A stretch of 61,686 nt of DNA, counting the filler, from Globobulimina sp. (Eukaryota): NCBI GenBank assembly GCA_003354225.1. It is 14 parts of 14 records of this genome, joined end to end, with 100 filler letters (N's around TTAATTAATTAA, not from the genome) between each part and the next. Parts side by side here need not be neighbours in the genome. Positions count along the whole stretch, not along the records: positions 22,088 to 26,403 come from PIVH01001363.1; positions 26,504 to 30,817 come from PIVH01001364.1; positions 30,918 to 35,229 come from PIVH01001365.1; 11 more parts are not named here. One strand, written 5' to 3'. A program made the position numbers and the translations under genes. Each line of letters starts with the position of its first letter. Positions within the stretch are counted from its first letter, which is position 1. Positions 22,088 to 35,229 of this stretch are shown here, piece by piece. Under the pieces are notes generated by a model. That model saw only the letters and a program-made list of their open reading frames with translations, ran no database searches and was not told the origin of the DNA.

Positions 22088-25000
22088 AAAAAAGGGAAAA
22101 GTAATAAATATAAAAAAAAGAAAAAAAAAAGGAAGGAGAAAATCCCTGAGAAAGCCCAGGAGGACGAAAGGAAAGAAGCAATTCCAAAATATATCGATAA
22201 TATCAATGATTTGGCACTGGACATCGTGAAAAATTATTTAATTCCCATCCATCGATCGAGTAATAATGCGACCACACAAAACCAGGCACAATACGCGTTA
22301 CAGGAATTGTTAAATGTGTTGCAATGCAATTTGAATACACCAAATGAATACGTTAAGACCTGTGCCAATAATACAAATAAGTCATTATCGATATCGGTTC
22401 GTAATTGGCAACAATTCACAGAAGATATGCAAGAATTATTGCAACCGTGTTTGCGCTCTACATTTGTGATAAAATCGGAGAACGCCAATGATAAATCGGA
22501 CAAATTGAGCGAGGAAGACACAAAAAGAAAAAGCAAAACAAAGATGGATACAAATAACGATAAGGTCTTTTTAAATATAATGTATCAGCACGGAAGGATC
22601 AGTTTAGATCAATGGCTGTATAAATTTTGTAAATTGTTATTACTCAAAATTGAAGAAATGCACTTAGAGATTAAAAATGAATGCAAACAGCAGAATCATT
22701 CACGAAATCATAACTCAAAACGCAGGAAACAGTCCTTACGGAGCAGTAATTACAGCAAATATAAATTATTAGTTCAAGATAACGATAAAAAATTAAAAAC
22801 ATTTAAAGCATGTCTATGTGTAAAGAATCATACGTTTTTAACAACATATTTACTGCCATTTTTAGTGTATGAATTGTTAAAAAAAAAGGAATTTATTTGC
22901 ATTGTGATTAATGAGATCCGCGATGTGATTGAATACGAACATATCATCTTATCGCAACAAATACAATTATGTATCCACCGCATATTTTACTTATTTGATG
23001 TGTTAATGAGTTGGTATTACAAAGTCCCATCAGAGCTATCAACGACTTCTAAGTATAAGGACAGCGCAGAAGGAAAGGAGCGGCGATCCAAAGCAAGAAC
23101 AGAAATGTTGCAATTTAAAGCATTTTTCGATTTGTTGCCATATTTATCCTTATCCAAAGCAGCCAATATCTGCAAATCATACAGTCGGTCCATAAAATAT
23201 TTTGCCATTTATGTGTTTAGCAACAAATCGAAGAAGAAACTATTGCATAATAAAAAAAATGATAACGGCGGGAGAACCTTACCATTGTCAGTGATATCGA
23301 CGGGGCAATTAACTAAAAATGAGATTAACTTTTGGCAGAAAATCCAATCCGAAACCAGCGAAATCGATTCAATGCTCGGAATATCCGTATTTAGAATGGA
23401 CACAAATATACAACAACAAGCTCTTGACTTTGAAACCAATGGGAAATGGAATCGCGCATTAAATTGCTATGAACAAATATTGCAATGCACTCCGCATAAT
23501 ATTGACACTCACAAAAAATATCTCAAATGTTTGCTATATTTGGGACATTTTAGTGCTGTCATATCGCACGTAAAAGGCGTACAATATATTAAAAATATAA
23601 AAGAAAAACAATTGCAGTCAAACGCGAATCAATTGGCGAGATTACCGACATTGACCAATATGACAGCACACTCTCTGTCCACTGCCATTGTGGAGGTATC
23701 CAACGAGGATAATAATAACAACAACGAGTTTGATGATTTTTATATGTATTCCTCGCATATCCATCATAACCAACATGAGGAAGCAGAACAAGCAGAGAAT
23801 AACAACAGTAACACCAACCATGACATTATCGATAAATTGGCACTGTTTGGCATAGAGTCATCGTGGCGGTTACAACAATGGCAATTATTGGATGAGTTTA
23901 TAGAGAAATGCAATAAGAAGCAAATGGAGACAGAGTTTGAATGCAAGCTCGGAGATTGTTTATCGATTTTACACTTAAACCCCAAGTTTATGGATAATAA
24001 TTTAACATTAAAATTCAAGAAGGAAATAGACGCAGCGCGTTTGATTGTGATTAAAAAAATATCTTCGTGCTATATGGAGGGATATAATGCGGTTTATCCA
24101 TATTTGGCACAGTTGCATATGTTACAAGAAATAACTCATTACCAACACACATTTAACTGCAGCTTGGTGGACAACATCAGCAATGATTTGAACATATCAA
24201 TGTTCCCGCAAGAATATGACGGATTGGACGATGATTCCTCTTTTTTGCAGACCTCGGAACAGCAACAAAACCAATATATGAATGTGAATAACAGTTTCTT
24301 TTGGAACGAGCGATTGGATCGCACTGCGAATATATTATCGATTCGCGAGCCAATATTATCGCTGCGGCGCATTTTGTATTCACTGAAGAATCTGCAGCAG
24401 GAAGAGGCATATTGTTGGCTGCAGTTAGCAAAGGAAGCGAGATCACACAAACAATTATCACATGCGAATACGGCGCTGGTTTATGCGTCGAAAATTGGCG
24501 AAAACTTAGTTGTGCCATATATAAAATGGCAGGCTTTTTTAGAAAAAATAAAGTTAACATACAATCAGGGCGAAATACACAAATCTTTAATGAAAACGCA
24601 AAAAATATTGATTGATCATCAGCATATACACCAACATGTGCATAGGAAGAAGAATAAAAACAAAAAGAAAGATAAAACTAACAATAAACAGGAAATACCG
24701 TCTCAAATATTGTCAGAAATGAATGTATTAATCGCGGGTTGGATGAATGAAACCAATTCGTACGAATCATCTGTGATTATCAACAAATACAAAGCAGCGA
24801 TAACGCAACAACCACAATGTGAAGAGCCATACTTTAAATTTGCAACCTATTTGGACGAATTGTATGCGGTCAATGTGCGATCTGCAAAACAGCACTCCGT
24901 CGCTTTAAAGAGTCCACGCCGCGAACGCACTGTGTATGCCATTGACAGCCTTCTCATCGAAGGACAAATACCGTTATCCATAGCAATTAAGTATAAAATT

Positions 25001-26403
25001 CCAAATTTGTTATCGGAAATGTTGGAAAAATACTGCTTATCATTGACTTATGGACACAAACATGTATTTCGATCATTGCCCCGCTTAATTGAGTTATGGT
25101 GCAGAAATGGTCGAATATTGCACAAAATAACAATGCTTAAGAATGGAAATGGAAATAAGAACGGCAGCCAATCACTAAACAGACACGAACAGCGCTTAAT
25201 AAATTCGGTAGACATATCGCCATCGATTGGCGGTGACTGGTTGTCATATTTCAATGAGTGGTCCTCTGATTTGCCCGAATATCAATTTATGTGCATTTTG
25301 CCCATTATTACCTCGCGAATATTGGCGGATGCGAGCCACGTTCAGCAATTTATCGAAACCGTTTTAATTCGCTGTTTAAAGAAATATCCATCGCAGTTGT
25401 TATGGCATATTGCGTTGTTAATAAACTATAAACATTTGGAAAAAAGAACATCTCCAAAGAGAGTAAAAGCGGCCAAAAAAATTATACTTTATCTGCGAAA
25501 GCAGCATTCCTCAAATAATACTAAATTATTTGAAGAAATGACCTGTGTCTTATCCTCATTGATACAGTTTACACCGCTTATAAATCACAGCAAACATAAA
25601 AAGCACACAGCCATCAAATGTCCCTCGTATTTATTGAACGGGAATGGATTTGACATTGTTGTGCCAACCCAAATGAATCTGGAGCCTTCGCTGTCAAATA
25701 CGATTGGCACCGAATGTTACAGTTCCAGTCCGGTGCGGATACATAGATTTTGTGAGCAATTTGTGACAATGTCATCGCAAGCACAGCCAAAGAAAATCAG
25801 CTTGATTGGCACGGATGGATTGCAATATTCCTTTCTCATCAAACGAGAACAACGCGGCGATATGAGAAAAGACAGCCGATTGATGGAAGTTTGTGGTGTA
25901 ATTAACCGCTTATTTAATAACAACATTGAGTCAAGAAATAGGAACTTAAATTTGCACAATTACTCAGTAATATGCATGACGGAACAAATTGGTATGATTG
26001 AATGGGTGGAAAACGTATCGACGTTACGCAATTTATTGAATGAGACGTATACATTCGATAAGTTGCTAAACAGTGTCAGTGTCGGTGAAATGTTGAGTTT
26101 GCGAGACATGACAGAGGCACTAAGAAAGGCTTTGAGTAAGTTACAAGAAAGATTTACGACACACAAAACTTTAACGTCTTTGGCTTTGAGTGAATTATTT
26201 GAAAAGCAAATATTGGCACATTCGCCAGTCATATTTCATACATTTTTCATTCGGAATTGGATAAATTGCAACGAATGGTACAATGCGCGATTATTATACA
26301 CACGTTCATGTGCATCATGGTCGATTGTAGGATTTTATCGTGGCATTATGTGATAGGCATTTAGAGAATATATTAATTAATATTAAAACAGGTGAATGTA
26401 TAC
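22088..26403 (+). CDS. ATR: ATR/Mec1 PIKK kinase, internal fragment (FAT plus start of kinase domain), with frameshift at 26333-26336
   Basis: FAT-region motifs (ALNCYEQ, IREPILSLRR, YGHKHVFRSLPRLIELW), then MSSQAQPKKISLIGTDG..K..DMRKDSRLME. Removing one T gives GFIVALCDRHLENILINIKTGECI. Confidence 0.88.
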
Positions 26404-26640
26404 NNNNNNNNNNNNNNNNNNNNNNNNNNNNNNNNNNNNNNNNNNNNTTAATTAATTAANNNNNNNNNNNNNNNNNNNNNNNNNNNNNNNNNNNNNNNNN
26501 NNNGTGGTAATCGATGGGGTAGTCCAGTTTGTATTGTTAAACCAAAACCAAGATAACTAAATGACAAAACTTATAAGCAGCAAGCATTTGTTTTATATTT
26601 ATGATCATTTTCATCTCAATAATTACCAAATCATTTACGG

Positions 26641-28347
26641 CTAACATCCATTTAAGTAATATACTTGTCTCATTTGTTTTGAATCTTTATCTCTTGACAA
26701 GGCGATAAATATGGTATATTCCCTTGAATTCTCTTCACATCGCACTGCATTCAATTCAACATGAATACATTCCAATTTATTCAATTCCCATCTCTCTGAT
26801 AATAAAAACACTCTGGAATACCAATGCGTCACTTCCTTTTCTGGAGAAGTACTTAAACAAATCACATTTTTACCATTTTCAAACACACAGTCAAACCACA
26901 CAACCACTGCATCAATCACTGCTCCATCCTTTGTTCCAATTAAATCAAATTTTGACGTAAAATCCAAATCTTTATCTTTTGCAGTGTGCATATCCAATTT
27001 CTAAACAAAAACATAGCAATGCAGTACATTTTATACATATATACAATCATAACTGAGAAGAAATGTTAATTTAACTTTAAAGCAAACAGATTGCGTATAA
27101 ATATATTCAATCTCAATGTCGATGATCAATGGCTCTGATATTGGCTTTGGTCTTTTATACATTGCACTCATATCGATCCCATAACATTCCTTTTGCCAAA
27201 ACTTTAAATGCATCGAATCATAATCGAATCCCGCCATATATAATGCAGCGTTATTGGGGAATATTTGATTGATGTTCCATTTATCCCTTGCAAATAACAC
27301 CGAACTTAGCATTGATTCATATAATAAAAAATATCCCATCCATTCTGATATTATAACATCAACTTTCTCAATGCCATGCGGCAAACTCTTAATGTCTTCC
27401 AATTTATTTTGAATAACTGTTATTTTATTGTGAAAACCATTGTTTTTGATAATTATTTCTGCTTTTTTCGCAATATCAGACATATCGATAGCAATTACAT
27501 GCTTAGCACCTGCTTTTGCGGCAAATATGCTTAATACGCCAGTCCCACATCCTATATCCATTACGATTTTATCTTTAAACATTTCCATATTGCCAGTGCT
27601 AAGAATAAAATCTTTATACGCATTTGTTCGGATTTTATCTCTCAGCATCATTTCATGAACACTTATTCGCGAATATGAATCAAAATAATATCTATCAATA
27701 TCGATATCTTTTTCATCGTTAACATTTTCATTCTCTCGCAATTGATCCCCGTCCAATACAACGCGATGGAATGTTTTCTTCATTTCATTGATTTGATGAT
27801 TTAATTCTTGATTCATTTCAACCAAACAGTTATTTTCTTGTTGCAATGCATGTGTTGTAATTGATTCTGTTTCAATGAATTGTGTTAATTGTGAGATTTT
27901 ATTTGATATCTTGCAAAAATCACTTTGGTTATTTGTTGATTCATCAATTTTTTGACTGCATTTTTCATCGTCATTACAATTGTCAGTATTGGTATTATCA
28001 TTTTTATCCAGTTCAAATGAACAAAATAACAATGAATCATTCTCTAAAACAGGTTTATAATATTTATCATCTTTCAAAAATAATAACTGTGGCAATAATG
28101 ATAAAACTAATGTTTCCGGGTTTGTTTTATTTGCAATTTCCGAGCGAATGTAATTGATAAGTCTTATACATCCATATTGATCCAATTTGTGCAGTTTTTG
28201 AAATGCATAAAAATCAAAATTATAATTGTTTCTGGCATCTTCGATCAATTCTTTAATTGTATCAAACTTTTGGTTATTAAATAATCCAATTAATTCTTGG
28301 TCGTCTTCAGACCATTCAGAGTCTGAGTCTTCATCAAAAAACTCCAT
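26641..28347 (-). CDS. PRMT3: Type I protein arginine methyltransferase PRMT3-like (intron 27001-27075)
   Basis: N-terminal LDQYGCIRLINYIR and KPVLENDSLL; YFDSY, MLRDKIRT, DIGCGTG, ISEWMGYFLLYESML and a THW loop. Confidence 0.9.
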
Positions 28348-28476
28348 TTGAAAAGATTTAAAAGTTAGAAGATTTTTAAGTTGACAGTGAGGTGCAAGGA
28401 TTACGACGGAATTTTGAATAATTTTAAATAAAACTATATGTCGAGCTGTCATGTGTGGAACAATGATTTATTTTAA

Positions 28477-28793
28477 TTATCTTTGCATTCGCATGGAATT
28501 ATTATTATTTTTATTATTGTTTTGTTGTTTTTTTATTTTTAATTGTTGTACGACCTTTGCCAAAGCTTCAGGATTTACACCCATTTCACATAAATCAGTT
28601 AATATTTGTAATTGTTCTTTTGTTAATCCAGTATTCAATATTTGTGATATTTCATATAAAACTGTTTGTAAACAATCAATGAGAAAAAAATATTTGCGGA
28701 TGCAAGCAATCTATTCATATCTGCAATACCTTCCATCGTGGTTTGTTTATCATTCACTTCAGCGATACCAAATGTAGAACGAGTCGCCATCAT
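28477..28793 (-). CDS. MZT1: MOZART1/GIP1 gamma-tubulin complex component (82 aa; intron 28662-28729), absent from the ORF track
   Basis: Spliced product MMATRSTFGIAEVNDKQTTMEVLYEISQILNTGLTKEQLQILTDLCEMGVNPEALAKVVQQLK matches the MZT1 signature EISxxLNTGL..LCExGVNPEALA. Confidence 0.92.
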
Positions 28794-28824
28794 GGGCAGA
28801 AAATACAAGCGAAAACTCTCTCAG

Positions 28825-30817
28825 TTAGTTGTGTAAATTTAAATGAGACAATAACAGATTTGCATGGGTCATGCAGTTGTCATTTGACTTAAATCTCTTT
28901 GCCATCTTATTATAAACATTTATACCCAACAATTTATTTTCAAATTTTCTACATCCACTTAAAATGGCTAACCACATTGCATGGTATATTTCTTCAGTGT
29001 TACTCTCAAAATCGACAATAATATCATACGCATCATTCAAATAGTTTTTCCTTGCTAAGCAATCCACGATAGTTGTAACCACAATGCAATCATATTTCGC
29101 AAATATATTCTCAATATCATTCCATAGTTGCTTTGCTTCCTTAACATTATTATCACCATCGATATGATCAACACACGCGCAGTGCCCATACGTATTCAAT
29201 ATATCAATATAAGTTTGTCTGTTCGGATATAAATTCGTTTCCTTCCTCATCAAACCATATAATTCTTTTACTTTATGCAGTCCACCATTTCTGCCATAAG
29301 CATGCAACATGGCATTCCAAATCGTAATCTCACTCTCATAAATATTAGGTTCATACCTCCGTATCTCCTCAAACAATTCATCACATTTCTCCAAATATCC
29401 ACATTTGCCATACATATGGATTAAATTCATTTGAATCTGAATATCCATGGAACCTTGGTTCGAATGTTTAAATTGTTTGAAAAACTCTTCACTGATTTCC
29501 TTACCAACTTGCAATGACGCATCGTTGCCGCACGCTTGCAACACATAAAGATATGAACTCATATCTTTAGCCACGTTCATACTGTTAAATAATTCTAAGC
29601 ATTCACTGTTCATTTTATTAATACAGTACGCATTCAACATAACATTAATGGTCGTAATGTCTCTCTTTTCCTCCGCGATGGAATTAAATATATCCAATGC
29701 GGTGTCCATATCTTCGAAATGTGCATAAAATGATATCAATCTATTTTTTAATGCGATGTTATCCTCATTAATTTGAATGGAGTCAATGATTTTCGATCCA
29801 GCGTCAAAATCACCCAATTTTGTATACGCTTTAATGGCGAAGTTGTGTGACATTTCATTCTTATCCAAAGTGGTGGATTGGTACAATGCGACTGCATCAC
29901 CACTCCGATCATTATGAATATAGACCTGCATCATCATATTGATAGTAATGATATCCTTATCCTGCTCTGCGATGGAATTGAATATATTCAATGCATCGTC
30001 CACAGAGTTTGTATAACCACACGATTGTATGGCTATATTATGCGATATAACATCGGTAGCATCCATTTGTTTGTATAACTTGACACATTCTTCATGGAAA
30101 TTGTTATGACTGTAGGCGTTCATCATGGCATTCATAGTGGTCACATCCTTCTCATTATCCTGCATACAGTCAAACACATTATATGCGGCTGTAATGTTCG
30201 AACAAGCGCCATAAAAACCAATCAGTGTATTTTTAATCTGTAAGTCAACGCCATCCATTTCCAGCAAGTTATGGATCTGAGTTCCTTTTTCAATGTCACA
30301 TAAGTTGGCGCAGGCTTTTAATGCAATGTTGTGTGTGATGTCATTTCTTCGCAATGTAATACCGTCATATAATTGTATCAAATCTTGATATAAGTTATTA
30401 TTCAAATAGACAGTCAACATGGCATTAACTGCCACGATATCTTTATCATTGTCAGCAATGCAGTTAAAAATATGTAATGCTTGCTCGATATCACCAAAAT
30501 TGCCATAAAAATCAATCAATGCACTGGTGATATAGTTACTTTTGAATTGGTTCTCAATAATATGAGAGTGGATTGATTTTCCCCTCTCAAAATCTGACAA
30601 TTTTGTGCATGCTTTGAGACACAACGAATAAATAACGCCTGTTTTGGCAAACTTTGTGTCATTTGATGCCGTTAACTCATCATAGAGTTGCAAAGCTTGT
30701 TTGTTGTATTCATTACTGATTAACGCTTTCATCAAAGCTCCATAACTCACAATATCTTTATGTTTATCATCCATTCTATTGAACACATTCATAGCGGATT
30801 AAATTTCAAAGCAATCA
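28825..30817 (-). CDS. Pentatricopeptide-repeat protein, PLS-like with an E-domain-like C-terminus, 5' partial
   Basis: Repeated LIxFYGxxGDIxxAxxIFNxI..KDIxxxNAMLxxY triplets. Ends TTIVDCLARKNYLNDAY..WLAILSGCR..LLLSHL. Confidence 0.9.
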
Positions 30818-30917
30818 NNNNNNNNNNNNNNNNNNNNNNNNNNNNNNNNNNNNNNNNNNNNTTAATTAATTAANNNNNNNNNNNNNNNNNNNNNNNNNNN
30901 NNNNNNNNNNNNNNNNN

Positions 30918-32892
30918 GGTGATTGCATTCAGGACTATGAAATGTACTATCAACCAGCGGCCAAAGCATTGGGTGTTAGCAATGGAGAAGGCATCGCCTT
31001 TGCTGTCACGGATGAAAATTATATGTTGACCTTACAGGACATCGTACAAACTCCCATAATGGAGCAAGCAGATGGAAGCTACCATGGATTTGACTTTTGG
31101 TGGATTGATTGGTATATTTCTATTGTTTTTGTGTATGAATGTATTTGAATATATATTTATTTGCAGGCAACAGGGAGAAGAAACGGGCGTACATTATTCT
31201 ACAATGAATCCAACATTGATGCTGAACTATGTGCGGCATACAACCCATATTCGTCGGAATGAGAATATCCGCGGATTGGTGCTTGGTCGATATGGCGGAT
31301 ATGGTAACAATCGATATGGCGTTGGCTTTTCTGGCGATAATGGACATTCCTGGCAAATGCTACAATGGTTACCATATTTCACTGCAACGGCTGCCAATGT
31401 TGGTTATGAATGGTCGCATGATGTCAGGTCTTTGTCTGTGTGAATTGAGAGTGACTTTATTGACGATGTACACTGTACAGGTGATGGGGCAGAATAATGC
31501 CAATGATAAACACGAAGCAAATACGCGATGGATACAATTTGGTGCATTCTCTCCGGTTTTCCGCATACATGATCGAGGTCAGTTTACTTATATAGTTGTT
31601 TTATAATAGTTAATTATATTCATTTTTTGTTTTGGTGCGACAACAAAGGCGAAGGTGAAGGTGGCTGTGCCAATGATCGGAATGGATGCGAGCTCGTCGA
31701 CATATGGAGTCATCCATGGATGAATATTAAAATCGAACGTAAAGCATTGCAGCAAAGAGCAGAATTATTGCCGTATCTATACAATGCCTCATATGAGTTA
31801 TTTGCTGATGGCATTCAATTAACGCGGCCAATATATTACGAATATCCTTCGTTAGAGATGGCGTATTCAGCGACGTATGAATATTATTTAGGAAACAAAA
31901 TGATAATATCACCGGTGACCAATCCAAGTGGTGATGGCGGTGTATTTAATTTGTCCCAACAACGGGTATATTTGCCGCCCAATCAATATTTTTATGAAGC
32001 GCATTCAGGAAATTATTATTTGAATACTGATGCGTCGAAAGCAATGCTGCGTTGGTTTGATTTGTCTGAGATTCCGATATATGTGGTTGCGCCCTCTGTC
32101 ATTTCTGTGCAACCATTGGTTCGCGGCGCAAGTATCGGGCGAGCAAATGCCAATTCTTATCAACATTTGTTATGGGATATCTTCCCCAAACCGAGCATGG
32201 ACGACACAGACAGAGACAGAGAGACATTCATTGTGGAGGATGATGGCTACACTGCCGATTACTTGCAAAATATTAATGTGCGAACTGCGTTTAAATGGGA
32301 TTTTGATGAATCGAATAATAGATTTACTGCAACGATAACATCGTCGGGCAATTATAGCGGATTTGAGGCAAATAGAAAGTATTCGGTTAAGATACATAAT
32401 GTGTTGCCGGCTTCGTCAGTGAGTTGCAATGGCAATGCGTTGACATATAATAAATTGTATTATGATATGGCGCATTCTGAGTCGACCTATTTTTATGATG
32501 GGAGAGAAATGGCATTGGTGGCAAATTGTGCATCGACGAATGCCTTTGATAGCACGACTGTGACAATGCGTTTTGATAGGAATTGGATGAATGATTTGAA
32601 AGTTACCAATGGAATGAAAGGGAAAATAAACCGAGCAATAATTTGCAAACAAAGTTTGGATGAAGCGAATGTAAATTATGGTACAAGTCGAGCCAATTTG
32701 AGTGTGGCTGCCGGATATTCCATGTTGTTGGGTGCTGTTGGCGATGATGTGGATGCTGTGTTGTTGTATGTGAATGCATTTGAAGCTGTGTATAGCGGAG
32801 CTGTTAAAGAAGTGGAGGCCTTGAATGTGAATAATGTTGGACTCGCCAGACTCAATTATTGCATAACTTTGTTAAACACTATTTATCCATAA
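30918..32892 (+). CDS. Glycoside hydrolase family 31, 5' partial (introns 31112-31166, 31423-31480, 31578-31648)
   Basis: Nucleophile motif DFWWIDWQQG across a splice, plus RYGVGFSGD, WSHD, RWIQFGAFSPVFRIH, RAELLPYLY, RPIYYEYP and EDDG. Confidence 0.92.
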
Positions 32893-33016
32893 TTTAATTG
32901 ACAAATAATCAATAAATATTGAAGCAGGCATAATTTCTCAAAAATACAACTGCCAAACCAACACAGCACTTTGTTTTTGCATCAAGATAGAAGCATAGAG
33001 ATATAAGGAAGTCATA

Positions 33017-33553
33017 ATGCAAAATATTAAACTGGTAATAGTTGGTGACGGGGCTGTGGGTAAAACTTGCTGTTTAATTAGTTATACAACAAACACGTTT
33101 CCCAGCGAGTACATACCGACAGTATTCGATGAATACAGTGCCAATGTGATGATTGATGGTAAGCCAATCCAATTAGGTCTGTGGGATACTGCCGGGCAAT
33201 CCCACTATGATAGGTTGCGACCACTGTCATACCCACAAACTGATGTATTCCTCATTGCATATGACATCGCAAGAAAATCTTCATTCGATAATATCCGAAC
33301 AAAGTGGATTCCTGAGATACAACATCACACTCAAAATACCCCATTTTTGCTCATTGGAATGAAATCCGATTTAGAGCCACGACGGCAAGTAAAGGAAAAG
33401 GATGCAACTGCTTTATGCAAAGAGTTCAATGGATATAAAGCTATGGAATGTTCTGCATTGAAACAATCAAATTTGAAAAATTGTTTCGATGAAGCAATGA
33501 GAGCGGCATTGCAGCCAACAACAAAACGGAAGAAAGGCTGCAAAATATTGTGA
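33017..33553 (+). CDS. Rho-family (Rac-like) small GTPase
   Basis: [42 protein letters not shown] and CAAX box CKIL. Confidence 0.97.
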   Translation: MQNIKLVIVGDGAVGKTCCLISYTTNTFPSEYIPTVFDEYSANVMIDGKPIQLGLWDTAGQSHYDRLRPLSYPQTDVFLIAYDIARKSSFDNIRTKWIPEIQHHTQNTPFLLIGMKSDLEPRRQVKEKDATALCKEFNGYKAMECSALKQSNLKNCFDEAMRAALQPTTKRKKGCKIL

Positions 33554-33555
33554 TT

Positions 33556-34140
33556 TTATTGAAAACAGTAATAACAAATGGCACAGATCAACAAGATTCC
33601 AATGCAGATATTGATTGTAAATACATTGTTGTCTTTTTTGTGTATTATTTGAGATTGAATGTGTGCAATTATGTAATCTTCCTGGTACCGACATTGTGTC
33701 TTTCTCGGCGACGTTCGTTGTTTGAAGACAATGCTAAAACGTTGGTTGTCACAGTTCGCAACTCGATGATATAATGATTTCAATGCTTTATTGCCATCAT
33801 TTAAGTATTCAACAGATCGCGACCAAAATAATATGGCATACTGGCGATGTTCATTGTGCTTTTTACCTTGTTTTTGCTTTAAATATTTGTGAATTAATAC
33901 TTCGATTCCGATCCAACACTTTAATTTTTCGTCAAACACTTCCAATGCGGGCTCATCCGTTATAATAATCATTGTCATCAATCCAGAGTCTTTATGCACA
34001 TTTCGCTTCATATCATAGAAACGCATGTTTTTGTTTTGTGAATGCGATAAATAATGAAAACAATCCAAACGCGATGATGAAATATAATTATTTGGCATAT
34101 ATGCGGAGTAACAGTTTTCTTTTTTTGCATTGTGGAAACA
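33556..34140 (-). pseudogene. 2OG-Fe(II) dioxygenase (IPNS-like) C-terminal part, 5' truncated
   Basis: HKDSGLMT (HxD), YHRV and RFS. The reading frame is closed just upstream of about 34146, where the retroelement 3' region begins. Confidence 0.65.
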
Positions 34141-35229
34141 ATAAATAGTTTAATTAAACAATAATAATACACTTGCACTGAAGAAAACAGTCAGAGTCAG
34201 ACATTAAAGAAAACAATGGCACTACTTTTAATACTTAAATCTGTTCACCAGCTGTGATTGAAACGGTCCCTGGTGAAGCAATGCCATGTAAAGAAGTGAT
34301 GAGAAATGAAAGAAAACCATGCCATAAATCTGACGGAAATCAATCAATATAGCAAATCCAAGCCATTCCAATGTAACAGCACATCATGGAGCAACTACAT
34401 ACAATACGGCATTAATCAACACATACGGCACAGCATTATTAAAACACCACTGATGACGCTATCATTGCGGCATTGTGTTTCATCAATACACCAATCAAAC
34501 GTTGCCGAATCTGATGCATCACATAAGAAAAAGGTTTGCTTTTAAAGTGAGCAATTCTATGACCGATAATTCTAAGGATGCTTTTTGATTCCATTCCCAT
34601 GGCACCCATCGTTTCTAGAACCAACGGACAAAAATCCAATCTATGTTGATATTTATCCAGTTTTTCTTGTTCTCGTTTTGCCGCCGTAGCGAGCCGCGTT
34701 TCAGATGCATGTTTGACATAAGTGTCTGCAAAAATATTTGTTACACTGACATCAAAGTAATAATCAATGCCATCTTCAAACGCAAACACTTTAATATCGC
34801 CCGGCACTTTATTATCAATGACAAAGTCATTCGCATCACGAAAGTCACCACGACTGTTCTGCGCCGCTATCATTTTGTCATAATCAAATTTTTGTTCTCT
34901 TTTTGTGGTGAACCCAGCATCTATAAATAACAAATTCCATTCATGACATAAAGCATTATGTCTTTTGATGACTTGCCCACCGTACGGACAATGTAATGAG
35001 TGCCATCCATATAAATCCATTATTTTCTGGCATTTCTGACATTTAAGTGGTTTGTTTGAAATTTTGCAGCCAAAATACAGTGACTTCAATAACCAAAATT
35101 CTTTGTTTGTGTATTTCATACCGTATATAGGATTTGGTATAATTGTGAGCCAGGAACTGGCACCATTGCAGGATATGGACTTTATTCGGGCTTTGTCATA
35201 TTGAGTAGCTGTATTATAAAAATCATTCA
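34140..35229 (-). mobile_element. Non-LTR retrotransposon 3' end with a restriction-like endonuclease (CRE/NeSL/R2-group); ORF ends at 34439
   Basis: GASSWLTIIP..EF, CCHC knuckle CQKC..HSLHC, RHN, PGD..DVSV..EQEKLDKY and FCPLVLETMG. RT domain lies beyond the contig end. The 3' boundary is inferred. Confidence 0.85.

Noticed and set aside
28451-28777. Plus-strand 108-aa ORF with a hydrophobic stretch
   Set aside because: It is the antisense shadow of the spliced MZT1 gene.
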